Assembly: GCA_963809665.1 (NCBI GenBank)
Contig: CAWEKC010000005.1
Coordinates: 104,392 to 168,391 of the forward strand
Direction of reading: 5' to 3'
DNA: 64,000 bases
From: Candidatus Gottesmanbacteria bacterium
GTDB taxonomy: Bacteria > Patescibacteriota > Microgenomatia > UBA10105 > UBA927
The notes beneath the pieces are model-generated. The model was not told where the DNA came from. It made no database searches and saw nothing but the letters and a program-made list of their open reading frames with translations. Of the stretch, positions 48,770 through 59,510 are shown in pieces. Made by a program: the position numbers and the translations under genes. Position 1 is the stretch's first letter, and each line of letters begins with the position of its first letter.

Positions 48770-48858
48770 GGAGGGTTGGCTGAGTGGTCCAAAGCGAAGG
48801 TTCGCTAAACCTTTGAGCCGTAAGGCTCGCACAGGTTCGAATCCTGTACCCTCCGCCA
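48770..48858 (+). tRNA. tRNA-Ser(GCT)
   Basis: GGAGGGT/ACCCTCC acceptor, AAGGT-TCGCTAA-ACCTT, long variable arm, GGTTCGAATCC, encoded CCA. Confidence 0.92.
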
Positions 48859-48859
48859 G

Positions 48860-48946
48860 GGAGAGGTCGCATAGTGGTTTAGTGCGTTAGTCTTGAAAAC
48901 TAATGTCGGCGCAAGCTGACCGTGGGTTCGAATCCCACCCTCTCCG
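48860..48946 (+). tRNA. tRNA-Ser(TGA)
   Basis: GGAGAGG/CCTCTCC, TTAGT-CTTGAAA-ACTAA, long variable arm. Confidence 0.95.
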
Positions 48947-49005
48947 CACACGAATTTATCTTCATTCAACCACCAGGGAAGCTTAATAATTGATATAATG
49001 AGATC

Positions 49006-50082
49006 GTGGCCGAACTAATTGATAATCCCAACAGCGCAGGAACAAGTAATCAGCCTGTTGCTGATGTACCGGTTTCAAATCCGGATATTGTGCCGCCGTT
49101 TTATCAAATTCCTAAAAGAAAAATTTCTCCACTTCTATTACTTGTCGGTATTCTTATCGTGGTTGGTGTAGTAATAGGTGCCTCTGTGCAGATATATTAT
49201 AAAAATGCGTATAAAACAATTGTTAACCCATATGATAGTACAAAACTGACAAATACGAATCCAACTGTTGGTATGGGGTCTTTATCAACCATACAGATCA
49301 GCTCTACACCGATGACAATAATCAGTCCGACGAGCACACCGAAAATCTATCCTACAAATACACCAACGAATACGCCCACCCGCACTCCGACACCCACCCC
49401 AAAGCCCACACCGACACCCACAAGAACACCACGCCCGCCGATTATAAATATTTCTTTTCCCTCAGAGATGCAGGTAATCAATATGACGGGAAATCAGCAA
49501 CTCTGTATAGTAGATACTCCGAGCGGCGGTGATACGTCGGGAGTAATGAGACGTCATAATATTAACGACGGAGGATGGAGCGGGTACACCCAGGTGTTTA
49601 CTCTTTGTTTGACGCCGAATGAGGGTACGAACCGGATTCAACTCCAATATAAAAATTCATACGGAGATGAATCGGTTCAGTATACGAGGCAGTTTGTATT
49701 TCACCGGATATCTCCGATGACTATTACGTACAGCGGGCAGCTGTTTTTGGATGCAAACTGTAACGGAAGTTTTGACAGCGGTTCAGAACATTATCTAAGT
49801 TTGTCAACACCAATTACCATTATGCAACTTCCAGGAGCCCAAATACTTGCTACACCGACAACAAGTTCGACCGGAAACTGGAGTTATTCCAAGGAGATCA
49901 TGGATAATGAATCCATCACTCTTCAGGCTACCGTAAATACCTCCATACCGGTGCCGTATGTGTTGCATCCAGATTCCGATAAAAGAATATTCAATCGGAC
50001 GTTCGATCCAAATAACAGGAACTTTTCCATTCTGCAGCCGATTGTCACTACGACAATATTTACAACCGTTTGTCCCCACTAA
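49006..50082 (+). CDS. Hypothetical single-TM surface protein with Pro/Thr linker and Ig-like C-terminal domains
   Basis: TM, TPTNTPTRTPTPTP linker, G.LFLDANCNG.FD motif. Confidence 0.7.
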   Translation: MAELIDNPNSAGTSNQPVADVPVSNPDIVPPFYQIPKRKISPLLLLVGILIVVGVVIGASVQIYYKNAYKTIVNPYDSTKLTNTNPTVGMGSLSTIQISSTPMTIISPTSTPKIYPTNTPTNTPTRTPTPTPKPTPTPTRTPRPPIINISFPSEMQVINMTGNQQLCIVDTPSGGDTSGVMRRHNINDGGWSGYTQVFTLCLTPNEGTNRIQLQYKNSYGDESVQYTRQFVFHRISPMTITYSGQLFLDANCNGSFDSGSEHYLSLSTPITIMQLPGAQILATPTTSSTGNWSYSKEIMDNESITLQATVNTSIPVPYVLHPDSDKRIFNRTFDPNNRNFSILQPIVTTTIFTTVCPH

Positions 50083-50138
50083 CTGATCTGCGTCTTTCTA
50101 CTCTTTGGATTCCCTCGTTTTTGATATATACTGAATTC

Positions 50139-50654
50139 ATGGCTGACACTGCCGATACACAGGAAGAAGTTAAACAGGAAGTGTTCCTGGCCTGGGTTTC
50201 CCCGTCACGGCTTTTTAAACGCCGAGATAAAGAATATTTTACCAACATTGGGGCAATCGTCTTTCTCCTTATTATCATTTTGGTTTTTGCCAGGGAGTTT
50301 TTACTCATTGCAGCGGTCGTCTCCATTGTATTTCTTGTCTATGTACTTTCTACGGTACCTCCCGAGGAGGTATCTCACAGAATAACGAACCTCGGCATTG
50401 AAAGCGCCGGGCATTATTACCGGTGGGAAGAACTCTCGGAGTTCTGGTTTGAAGAACAGTGGGGTCAGGGCACCCTGGTTTTGCAGCCGGCGCTGGGGAC
50501 GCGCATTATTATTCTTTTAGGTGCCCAGGATAAGACCCTTGTCCGTAAACTTATTGCCCAGTATATCCCGTTCCGGGAAAATCCTGAGAAAAGCTGGGTA
50601 GATAATGCCTCGTCGTGGTTATCAAAGAAAATTCCCCTGGATAAGCCTTCATAG
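50139..50654 (+). CDS. Conserved two-TM hypothetical protein
   Basis: W.SPSR.FK.R, 2 TMs, IT..GI.....Y.W..L..FW; TATACT 6 nt before ATG. Confidence 0.75.
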   Translation: MADTADTQEEVKQEVFLAWVSPSRLFKRRDKEYFTNIGAIVFLLIIILVFAREFLLIAAVVSIVFLVYVLSTVPPEEVSHRITNLGIESAGHYYRWEELSEFWFEEQWGQGTLVLQPALGTRIIILLGAQDKTLVRKLIAQYIPFRENPEKSWVDNASSWLSKKIPLDKPS

Positions 50655-50682
50655 CCGTTTTGCGGTATAATAAAGCCCACTG

Positions 50683-50754
50683 GCTCCTGTAGTTTAACGG
50701 ATAGAATAGGGGTTTGCGGAACCTCTGATCGCAGTTCGATTCTGCGCGGGAGCG
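50683..50754 (+). tRNA. tRNA-Arg(GCG)
   Basis: GCTCCTG/CGGGAGC acceptor, GGGGT-TTGCGGA-ACCTC, GTTCGATT T-loop. Confidence 0.9.
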
Positions 50755-50760
50755 CTAGCT

Positions 50761-50846
50761 GGAGGATTAGCCAAGTGGTTTACGGCGACGGTCTCGAAAA
50801 CCGTTCTCCCGCAAGGGAGGCACAGGTTCGAATCCTGTATCCTCCG
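50761..50846 (+). tRNA. tRNA-Ser(CGA)
   Basis: GGAGGAT/ATCCTCC, ACGGT-CTCGAAA-ACCGT, long variable arm. Confidence 0.95.
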
Positions 50847-50849
50847 CTT

Positions 50850-51263
50850 ATGATTATTACCATCTGCGGAAGCATGCAGTTTCACCGGGAAATGACTCAG
50901 ACACAGCTTCTCTTGGAGGATCAGGGGCATACAGTGCTGGTGCCCAAAGATCTGACTGTTCTTGAGCGGAATGAGTCATATATGGAAACGGATGTCGAGC
51001 GCATTACTTCCAAAATTGAACACGATTTTATCCGTGAGCATTTTAAAAAGATTGAGAAATCCGACGCGGTAGTAATTCTCAATTACGAAAAAAAGAATAC
51101 TGCCGGGTATGTCGGCGGAAATACGTTTTTGGAGATGGGGTACGCATTCGGACTCGGGAAGAAAATATATCTTTTATATCCGGTGCCGGAGATGGATTAC
51201 AGCGTTGAAATGCATGCTATGAAACCAATAGTTCTTCACGGCGATCTCTCTGCACTACAGTAA
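50850..51263 (+). CDS. Nucleoside 2-deoxyribosyltransferase-like protein
   Basis: ITICGSM.F, HFKKIEKSDAVVILN, YVGGNTFLEMGYAF.LGKKIY. Confidence 0.7.
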   Translation: MIITICGSMQFHREMTQTQLLLEDQGHTVLVPKDLTVLERNESYMETDVERITSKIEHDFIREHFKKIEKSDAVVILNYEKKNTAGYVGGNTFLEMGYAFGLGKKIYLLYPVPEMDYSVEMHAMKPIVLHGDLSALQ

Positions 51264-53335
51264 CACGTCTTCCCCGTTTCTCTTCTTTGAATCAATTAGC
51301 GACCGGATAATTTTACCCGTTTTGTCCATAATAACCAGCGACCCGCCGTTTTGACCTTTCAGCTTGGCATTAAACAATTGTTCAGGTCCGGAAATGCCGT
51401 CATATGCCGTTGTCGTATAGAGGTACGAACAGCATTCCCGGTACAGCGTATTGCCCACCATGCCGCTTTCCGGTGTTTCTAATCTTCCTATTGCCGGAGT
51501 GAGGGAAATACCAGAGTATGTTTTCAGGGTGTTGAGTATTGTTACGCCGGGATCTGCAACAACGCCTACCGGCACGGCCCGGTCCGGCTGGCTGTTGACC
51601 GCATAGCGGTGATAAAAGCCTACAGCGCTAAATCTCGGAAGCCCGTCCGAATATCATTTCCAAATATTTCAGCATCGATGTTTCTTTTGTCGTATCCACG
51701 TCTTTGGGAGTAATCCATATCATGTTTCCGGGGACATCTTCGGCAAGAATACGGCCGTTGCGGTCTCTGATCGTTCCCCGCCTGGCAATGATTACGGTTG
51801 TTTTGAGTGAGTCAGTCCGGCTAAATTCAGGGATAAAATACTTGCTGAGCCACGGGATATGCCACTGGCCGTCTTCATTGATAACCGGCAGGCGGATTGT
51901 TTCGGAAAACGCTCCAAGAGACCTTGTGCTGTATGTTACGTCCAGCCAAACGTATTGCGGACTGGTAAATTGTTGCCATACGGTCGGTCTTGCGGTAATG
52001 CTGATGGATTCAATTTCCCCGTCCCGCATAACCTGCTGCATACTTTTGTGAAAAACATACCTGTTTTCTTCGCCTTTTGCATTCATTGTAAAGCGTTCAT
52101 ACATATCCTGGAAAAAACCGTTTTTCCAGTCATACACGAATTGTTGTACATCCGCCTCCGGTGTTGGGAATATACTATGCCAACTCGCATAGCTATTTAA
52201 AAGTACAATCCCCAGGATAGAGACGATGACAAGCGTTTTATTTTTCAATAGACGCAGGACACCCGCGGCTCCCAGGTATAAAAACGGCATGATGATGAGA
52301 AGATACCGCGTCCAGAAAGAAATGAATGTATACGAGAATGCAATTGCGAGTATGGAAGCACCCATGATACATTCCCATGATAATTTTTTGTATTGTTTCA
52401 GTCTGATAAACCTAAAGACCATATATCCGCAGAGGATGGTGATGACTGGCCAGGTGATACTCCATTCCGGAACGGATTCCCAGAGTTTTGTGAAGAGATT
52501 CTGGTACCGGTTAACAAGCAGTGTCGTCCACACGCTTCCGATATTGGCTTCAAGCCGCCCGTTATACCAGAACGCGAACATCCATTTCTGGACCCCGATC
52601 CAATCAACAAACGTATGGCCCAAAAGGAAATATTTAGTATACGACGCGATATACGTCAACAGTGTTGCAAGAAAAAACGCAGCAGCATTGCGGATTGAAC
52701 GGGTTTTTTGCCAGATATACCATTGGGCAGCGGCAAACAGAACAACGGCGAAAATAGGATATTTAATGGAAGAGAAGATCCCCAGTGCGATTCCGCTTGT
52801 AACTACGAAGAACGGGATATGTTTTCCCCGGACGGACCGGTCAAGCAGGAGAAAAAACAGCAGGAGTGACACCGAGCTGCAGAGAATCGAGCATCGTTGC
52901 CGTCCATTGGGAGGTAAGGAGCGGATCAAGCGCAAGCCACGTGGTGGCGGCCACGGCGAGCGTAGTATGTTTCAGAACGGTACGTGCCAAAAGAAAAAAG
53001 AGTATCCAGACGAGCAGTGATGTAACGACTCCATACCAGGAACCATTATTGAAGAGTACGACTGCCGCTCCGATTGCGTACTTACCCAGCGGCGGGATCT
53101 CCGCATTATATTTCGTCGGATCGGTGCCGTGCATGAGTTGGTAGCCTTCTAGCGCGTACAACCCGTTGTCGCCGATGATACGCGGGGAAAGCGGGAGCTG
53201 CCATTGGGAATGTTCAAACCGGTCTTTCCAATATACGGCATCGTATGCTGAGGTAAGAATAGCCCGATTGGCGTAATAAAGTATCCCGGCAAGAATCACA
53301 AGAAGCAGAATCAGTACTGTCTGCAGTTTCTTCAT
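51255..53335 (-). CDS. GT-C-like polytopic domain fused to NTF2-like (MecA_N) and PBP-dimerisation-like domains; two frameshifts (ORFs 52841..53335, 51628..52935, 51255..51575)
   Basis: E.PPLGKY, MLDS, SIKY, W.RY; then W..G.F..MY, EDGQWHI.W....IP, ARRGTIRDRNG.ILA, GISG.E......L.G..G. Confidence 0.7.
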
Positions 53336-53397
53336 ACCCGCGCCATTGTATCAAAGTTTCATTTTTAGTGGGGAAACGGCTATAATTGCCGGGGTTA

Positions 53398-53469
53398 GCT
53401 CTCGTAGTTCAATGGATAGAATACGCCCCTCCGAAGGGTGTGATTGCAGTTCGACTCTGCACGAGAGCG
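53398..53469 (+). tRNA. tRNA-Arg(CCG)
   Basis: GCTCTCG/CGAGAGC, CGCCC-CTCCGAA-GGGTG. Confidence 0.93.
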
Positions 53470-53490
53470 CACGCTATAATCATATATATT

Positions 53491-53577
53491 GGAGAGGTCG
53501 CATAGTGGTCTAGTGCGCGCGCTTGGAGAGCGCGTATCGCCGCAAGGTGATCGCGGGTTCAAATCCCGCCCTCTCCG
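53491..53577 (+). tRNA. tRNA-Ser(GGA)
   Basis: GGAGAGG/CCTCTCC, CGCGC-TTGGAGA-GCGCG, long variable arm. Confidence 0.95.
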
Positions 53578-53584
53578 CCCGAAT

Positions 53585-53863
53585 ATGGATGTTCACGATT
53601 TAACGGAAAAAATTGAAAAGATATCAGAGAATTACTCGAAAAAATATCAATTCGAGAGGGATTCTGACTGGTTCGTGCTCAAACTTCAGGAAGAAGTCGG
53701 GGAACTTATTCAGGCGTACCTGATGGTACAAAGGAAAGCCCGGCAAAAAGGAAAAAGCAAAGAACAAATCCGGGATGATTTCGAAAACGAGGTAGCGGAC
53801 GTATTGGCGCACACACTGTTTTTCGCTAAGCATTTTCACGTTGATCTGGACCGCGTTTTCTGA
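53585..53863 (+). CDS. MazG-like nucleotide pyrophosphohydrolase; true C-terminus probably continues in another frame to 53903
   Basis: LKLQEEVGEL and NEVADVL motifs; shifted frame reads EGKWVKWAQKEDA*. Confidence 0.8.
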   Translation: MDVHDLTEKIEKISENYSKKYQFERDSDWFVLKLQEEVGELIQAYLMVQRKARQKGKSKEQIRDDFENEVADVLAHTLFFAKHFHVDLDRVF

Positions 53864-53899
53864 GGGGAAATGGGTGAAGTGGGCTCAAAAGGAAGATGC

Positions 53900-54391
53900 A
53901 TGATTACCTGCACGTTTGAAAAGTCCATGCCTGCCGGCAGGCAGGGAAATACGGCGAGCCTGCGGCATGTTGTCGTTCATGCCATTATTGAAATGGACGG
54001 GAAGCTGCTTCTTGAGAAACGCACCGGTGACCTTTTGGAAAGCGGCAAGTGGAGCTTACCCTCGGGATTTCTTGACCGCGATGAGACGGCAGCCGAAGGT
54101 GTTGTACGGGAGGTGAAAGAAGAAACAGGATGGGACACTGAGATCATTTCTCTTTTCCGTATTAATACGAAGCCCGACCGCCCGCATGAGGACCGTCAGA
54201 ATGTGGCGATTGAATTTTTAGTGAAACCGATAAAGAAAACCGGCGTACCGGACGCCGAGTCATCCAAAGTTGAATGGATTCCGATTGATAAACTTATCCC
54301 GTTATCAGAATTTGCGTTTGATCATGGCGAAAGTATAGCCTTGTACCTGAAATTCCGAAGGACTCCGTTTCCACTCCCCATTATGGTATAG
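53900..54391 (+). CDS. NUDIX hydrolase
   Basis: Nudix box GFLDRDETAAEGVVREVKEETG; AFDH. Confidence 0.92.
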   Translation: MITCTFEKSMPAGRQGNTASLRHVVVHAIIEMDGKLLLEKRTGDLLESGKWSLPSGFLDRDETAAEGVVREVKEETGWDTEIISLFRINTKPDRPHEDRQNVAIEFLVKPIKKTGVPDAESSKVEWIPIDKLIPLSEFAFDHGESIALYLKFRRTPFPLPIMV

Positions 54392-54402
54392 TCGAGGTAC
54401 AT

Positions 54403-56166
54403 ATGAGCGATACAGACGAAATCAAATCCCGCATCAATATCGTTGATTTTATCGGGAAGCGCGTGACGCTGAAAAAAACAGGCAGAAATTATAAGGGTTT
54501 GTGCCCGTTCCACAACGAGAAGACGCCGTCATTTATCGTGTCACCGGAGCGCCAGACGTTTCACTGTTTCGGCTGCAGCAGGGGCGGGGACATATTCGCG
54601 TTTGTCATGGAATATGAACACGTGGATTTTGTCGAAGCGCTGGAGGAGCTGGCGGAGATTACCGGGGTAAAGCTCACCCGCAGGATGGGGGAAACACCGG
54701 AAGCTAAACTGAAGCAAAAAATCTTTGAGGTCAACCATCTTGCCAGCGAATACTACCAGTATATATTGACCAAACATAAACTCGGCGAAAAGGCTCGTGA
54801 GTATCTTAAACACCGCGGCATTACTGATAAATCCATCAAAACGTTCGGGTTGGGGTACAGCCCGAACAGCTGGGAGACAATGTCTTCCTATTTAAGGAAA
54901 AAAGGATACGATGCGGGACTATTGGCGGCTGCCGGGCTTACGATTTCCCGCGCCGGTTCCGGCGGCTACTACGACCGGTTCCGCGGCAGGGTGATGTTTA
55001 CTCTCCGGGATCACAGAGGAAATGTTGTGGGTTTTTCCGGACGGGTTCTGGATCCCACAGCAAAGGAAGCCAAATATATCAATACCTCCGAAACACCGGT
55101 GTATATAAAAGGGAATGTGTTGTACGGACTGGATGTGACGAAAGGAGCCATTCAAAAAGCAAATGAGGCGATCGTGATGGAGGGGGAATTGGACTTAATC
55201 TCTTCATTTCAGGCAGGGATCAGTAACGTCGTGGCAATCAAAGGATCGGCACTAACAGAAGGGCACGTTAACCTCATCCGCCGGTATACCGAGCGCCTTG
55301 CATTTGCACTGGATAGCGATATGGCCGGAGATGCCGCGTCACGGCGGGGGATTGAGATCGCGGACCGCGCGGGACTGGATATGCGCGTTGTTGTCCTTCC
55401 GTCCGGTAAAGATCCGGACGAGGCGGTGCGTGAAGACGCGGTTGCCGTCAAAAAGGCCATTAAAAACGCAATTCCCATTTACGATTATTTCATTTCATCC
55501 GCAGTCAAACGGTTTGATGCGGCCAGCGCATTCGGCAAGAAAAAAGTAAGCGAAGAACTCCTGCCGATATTAGCGAAAATAGAAAACCCGATCGTCCAGG
55601 GGCATTACATAAAGAAGTTAGCCGGTACGTTGGATACATCCGAAGAAACGATTGTGGAAAGCATGCACCGTCTTACTAAAGGCGGGGGATTTGGCGGCGT
55701 GAAGGCGGAAAAACCAGAGGAAACGACCCGTTCGCAGAAACTGGAGACATATATACTCGCACTCGTTCTTCAGGGGAAAACAGCGGAGTTGTTTGAGGAA
55801 TTATCCGACCGGATTGCAATAGCCGATATCGCTAATCCGGCCGTGCAAAAAATTTTAGAGCATTTGAAATCGTTTTTAGCCGCCAACAACGTATTTCTTA
55901 TCAAGGATTTCGCCGATTCACTGCCAATTGAGCTGATTCCCACTCTGGACGAGGCGTTTTTGTGGGATATCGGAGACCAGCTGACTGATGAAGAGCTTTT
56001 TGCCCGTGAATGGAACGCGACTCTCCGCGAGGTAGAGCGGGCTGTGGTGAAGCGGAAAATTCAGGAGATCACCGGCCTCATGCACCACGCGGACTCGACA
56101 AAAAAGGAAGATGATGAACTCCGGGGGCTTACAGACCGCCTAAAAGCACTGGAAAAAGAAGGATAA
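54403..56166 (+). CDS. dnaG: DNA primase
   Basis: [50 protein letters not shown]. Confidence 0.98.
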   Translation: MSDTDEIKSRINIVDFIGKRVTLKKTGRNYKGLCPFHNEKTPSFIVSPERQTFHCFGCSRGGDIFAFVMEYEHVDFVEALEELAEITGVKLTRRMGETPEAKLKQKIFEVNHLASEYYQYILTKHKLGEKAREYLKHRGITDKSIKTFGLGYSPNSWETMSSYLRKKGYDAGLLAAAGLTISRAGSGGYYDRFRGRVMFTLRDHRGNVVGFSGRVLDPTAKEAKYINTSETPVYIKGNVLYGLDVTKGAIQKANEAIVMEGELDLISSFQAGISNVVAIKGSALTEGHVNLIRRYTERLAFALDSDMAGDAASRRGIEIADRAGLDMRVVVLPSGKDPDEAVREDAVAVKKAIKNAIPIYDYFISSAVKRFDAASAFGKKKVSEELLPILAKIENPIVQGHYIKKLAGTLDTSEETIVESMHRLTKGGGFGGVKAEKPEETTRSQKLETYILALVLQGKTAELFEELSDRIAIADIANPAVQKILEHLKSFLAANNVFLIKDFADSLPIELIPTLDEAFLWDIGDQLTDEELFAREWNATLREVERAVVKRKIQEITGLMHHADSTKKEDDELRGLTDRLKALEKEG

Positions 56167-56233
56167 TTCTGGTATACTACGACTAATTAAGCGTCACCAT
56201 TTGTTCTCTGCAGGACAAAGGTGCACGGAATAT

Positions 56234-57325
56234 ATGGCTACCAAACCGAAAACCCTCGCTACTGTTGCCGATCTCATCAAAGAAGGAAAAAATAACGGAT
56301 TTGTCACGCAGGATGACATCCTTTTTCTCTATCCCAAGCCGGAAGACCACATTCCGGAGCTTGACGAACTGTACGGCAAACTCATCCGCGCCGGTATCGA
56401 TGTGTTTGAAACGACCTCGCTGGATATCGAAAAAGAGGCAAGTAAATCCATTCAGGACCTGGAAAAAGAAATAGAAGCCCTCGTTCGTGCGTCGGCCGAA
56501 GGCGTTTCTGATCCTGTCCGCATGTATCTGAAGGAAATCGGCAGGATCCCGCTTCTGACATTCGCCGATGAAATCTCGCTTGCCAAACGCTATGAAAAAG
56601 GAGACCGGAAAGCCAAGAAAAAACTCATCGAGTCAAACCTCCGTCTGGTTGTTTCCATTGCAAAAAAATACATCGGACGGGGCATGAGTCTTTTGGACCT
56701 TATTCAGGAAGGAAATCAGGGACTTATACGGGCTGTCGAGAAGTATGACTGGCGGAAAGGCTATAAATTCAGCACATACGCCACCTGGTGGATCAGACAA
56801 GCCATTACCCGTGCGATTGCAGATCAGGCACGCACCATCCGGATCCCGGTTCACATGGTGGAAACCATCAACCGGTTTGTCAGAGCATCCCGCCGTCTCA
56901 TGCAGGACCTGGGCCGCGAGCCTACACCGGAAGAAATTGCCAAAGTTATGGATGTGGATGTCACCAAAGTCCGTGAAATCATGAAAGTATCACAGGAACC
57001 GACGTCCCTTGAAACGCCGGTGGGTGATGAGGAAGACTCGCACCTCGGCGATTTTATTTCCGATCCGGGCCCGACACCGTATGAGCAGACCAGCCGGCAG
57101 CTTCTCAAAGAACATATGGAAGAGGTTCTCACGACGCTTTCCGACCGTGAAAAGAAAGTGCTTATCCTGCGGTTCGGACTTGAAGACGGGCGCCCCAGGA
57201 CACTTGAGGAAGTCGGCGCGCAGTTCGGCGTCACCCGCGAACGCATCCGTCAGATAGAAGCAAAGGCCCTGCGGAAACTCCGCCACCCCTCCCGCAGTAA
57301 AAAATTAAAAGATTATCTTGAATAA
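56234..57325 (+). CDS. rpoD: Primary sigma factor RpoD
   Basis: [56 protein letters not shown]. Confidence 0.98.
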   Translation: MATKPKTLATVADLIKEGKNNGFVTQDDILFLYPKPEDHIPELDELYGKLIRAGIDVFETTSLDIEKEASKSIQDLEKEIEALVRASAEGVSDPVRMYLKEIGRIPLLTFADEISLAKRYEKGDRKAKKKLIESNLRLVVSIAKKYIGRGMSLLDLIQEGNQGLIRAVEKYDWRKGYKFSTYATWWIRQAITRAIADQARTIRIPVHMVETINRFVRASRRLMQDLGREPTPEEIAKVMDVDVTKVREIMKVSQEPTSLETPVGDEEDSHLGDFISDPGPTPYEQTSRQLLKEHMEEVLTTLSDREKKVLILRFGLEDGRPRTLEEVGAQFGVTRERIRQIEAKALRKLRHPSRSKKLKDYLE

Positions 57326-58478
57326 GATTTTTCTTTTTATCCTGTTTCTTGTAGCCGGCGCCCTCAGTGCGTTCGGTCTCATCTATATGCTGGGGACGGC
57401 ACCGGTGCGGTTTGATAATCCCATACTCACGACGTTCGATGTAAAAAAGCCGGAAATCGTAGGATTTTTGCCGTATTGGCTCATCGGTAAAGCGGACAAG
57501 GATTATTCAAAATACATTACAACGCTCACGTACTTCGGACTAACAGTACAGAGTGATGGTACGATACAAAAACTCAATAACCCCCAGGAAGAAGAACCGG
57601 GTTGGACCGCACTTAAGGCAAATGCATACCAAAAATATAATGCAAAACAGTCACTGCTCGTTGTCAGCGGGGATGACGGCGCCATCGGCGATATGATTGC
57701 GAGTCCGGTTGCCAGCGCGAATAACTTAATAGCGGATGTTGCCCCGATAATGAAAGATAAAGGATTTACCGATTTAAACCTCGACATCGAAAGCTTCATG
57801 GATGCATCGGAAAGCGCCAGGGTGAACTTTACATTGTTTGTGCGGACGGTGACAGAGCAGATAAAAGATCAGAAACTGGGAACGGTTACGCTTGATTTGA
57901 TTCCGATTTCGCTTGTCAAAAGCAAACTATATGACGCGAAAGCGCTCTCGTCGATTGTCGACCGGATAGTCCTGATGACCTACGACTATCATTACACGGG
58001 ATCGTTTACCGCCGGCGCAGTCGCCCCGCTTGGCGGGGCGGGAACTACAATCGAATATGATGTGGAGACGGCAGTAAAAGAGGCACTTAAAGCAATACCC
58101 GCAGGCAAAATACTTTTAGGGATTCCGCTCTACGGGTATGAATGGGAAACCATTGGTTCGGCCCCCGAATCGGCAACCATCCCCGGCGGATCATCGATTG
58201 CCAGCAGCAGCAGAGTCGAGGATTTTCTGAATACCTGCGCTACGTGTTCGGCGCAGTTCGATGCCGTTGCCCGCGAGCCATATGTCATTTATCCGGAAAA
58301 CGGATATTTCAACCAGATATATTTCGAAAATGAAGCGTCGGTGAAAGAAAAAATTGCGCTGGCCCAACAATATCATCTCGGCGGTGTTGCCCTGTGGGCG
58401 TTGGGGTATGAGGACGGTACAATGCTTGAGCCCTTATCAGCGTACAAAAATACGCTTGATTTATCTGGGCTTTATTAA
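57318..58478 (+). CDS. Membrane-anchored glycoside hydrolase family 18
   Basis: [39 protein letters not shown]. Confidence 0.88.
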   Translation: MNKIFLFILFLVAGALSAFGLIYMLGTAPVRFDNPILTTFDVKKPEIVGFLPYWLIGKADKDYSKYITTLTYFGLTVQSDGTIQKLNNPQEEEPGWTALKANAYQKYNAKQSLLVVSGDDGAIGDMIASPVASANNLIADVAPIMKDKGFTDLNLDIESFMDASESARVNFTLFVRTVTEQIKDQKLGTVTLDLIPISLVKSKLYDAKALSSIVDRIVLMTYDYHYTGSFTAGAVAPLGGAGTTIEYDVETAVKEALKAIPAGKILLGIPLYGYEWETIGSAPESATIPGGSSIASSSRVEDFLNTCATCSAQFDAVAREPYVIYPENGYFNQIYFENEASVKEKIALAQQYHLGGVALWALGYEDGTMLEPLSAYKNTLDLSGLY

Positions 58479-59108
58479 TGTTACTTCGCGGGCTGCGTCA
58501 TCTATATTTGCCCGCTCACCGGCTTGTACGTCCCAGACATTCGTATTGTTGTCATTGTCTACGAGCGCAAATTTCACCGATCCGGTTTTGACCGTAATGG
58601 ACATATCCGTATCAATAATATTAATTGTCATATCTCCGGAATTTATAGTTACCAGCGTATGAAGCGCGCGTACGGAGATTGGCTGGGTGACAAGATATTC
58701 TATTTTTCCCGATTTTTGCTGAAGAACGAAATCAGCCGGGAACATATTGGCAAACACAAGTTCGCTCGTCGGCCCCATATTGATATTGGCTATACCTTGT
58801 ACCACGGCAGTGGCTGTAGAATTTTCCTTCGTTGCTACCGCTTCGCCAAGTAATATCTGTGCTCCCGTTGAAGCCTCTTTGTATTCCGTATCTTCCCGGG
58901 AGAATTTTTGGGCATGGCCGCTGGTGACGGTGAGCGTTCCCGATACCGCCTGGGTCGGGGGAACAAGTGCAAAAGTAGGTTCCGGCGTCGGTTGGACAGC
59001 GGGTGTAATCACCACGGGCAGTTCCTGTTTAGTTTTGAAATATTGGTAGCCTACGACACCGCCAAAACCAAGAACAAACGCGAGAAGCAAAAGTATAACG
59101 GTTTTCAC
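58461..59108 (-). CDS. FecR-like domain membrane protein
   Basis: TM, G.A.....V.T..NS.A, ITVKTGSV, V.AGE; GTG start inferred. Confidence 0.65.
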   Translation of the reverse strand: MKTVILLLLAFVLGFGGVVGYQYFKTKQELPVVITPAVQPTPEPTFALVPPTQAVSGTLTVTSGHAQKFSREDTEYKEASTGAQILLGEAVATKENSTATAVVQGIANINMGPTSELVFANMFPADFVLQQKSGKIEYLVTQPISVRALHTLVTINSGDMTINIIDTDMSITVKTGSVKFALVDNDNNTNVWDVQAGERANIDDAAREVTLIKPR

Positions 59109-59409
59109 CGGAGCACTCCGGAGAACAGCAACGCAAGCGAAATGACGGTCAGACACCCAAAAGCAAGGACCGTTTGCAGGAAAAGATTTACCCCCTCTTT
59201 TTCTTCCCGCTAAAGTAAAGTTGGGCCGGTTCGTAACAGAAAATATATCCCATGACTGCAGCAGAAAGGGTGAAGAGCGAAATGACAGCGATCGGCGCCA
59301 AGAATGTTGGTCCCTTTGGTGCATACTTTGTGCCCCAATTCATCACAAGGCTAATGATACTTATGTACACGCCGGCAGCGATGGCATTGAGAATAGGATT
59401 TTTAGTCAT
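59105..59409 (-). CDS. Small membrane protein, probable frameshift near 59200
   Basis: LFTLSAAVMGYIF...P; shifted frame continues GVNLFLQTVLAFGCLTVISLALLFSGVLR*. Confidence 0.6.
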
Positions 59410-59510
59410 AGGAACTTTAGTATATTCCTTTAGAAAACATGGTCAAGTTCGTACAAGCGATTAAATTTTACTCAATTGATAATACTTAGTACATCAATTA
59501 TGATGAATAT

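Noticed and set aside
49320-49440. ACACC-rich tandem pattern
   Set aside because: Encodes an ordinary Pro/Thr linker
50694-50930. ORF-track entries overlapping RNA genes (50694..50930, the 5' extensions at 50775 and 53489, 47117..47308, 48497..48808)
   Set aside because: They overlap tRNA or tmRNA genes; real starts lie after the RNA genes
59443-59470. GTTCGTAC as another tRNA-like repeat upstream of the LAGLIDADG-like gene
   Set aside because: No GGAGC at the expected spacing; too short to exceed chance
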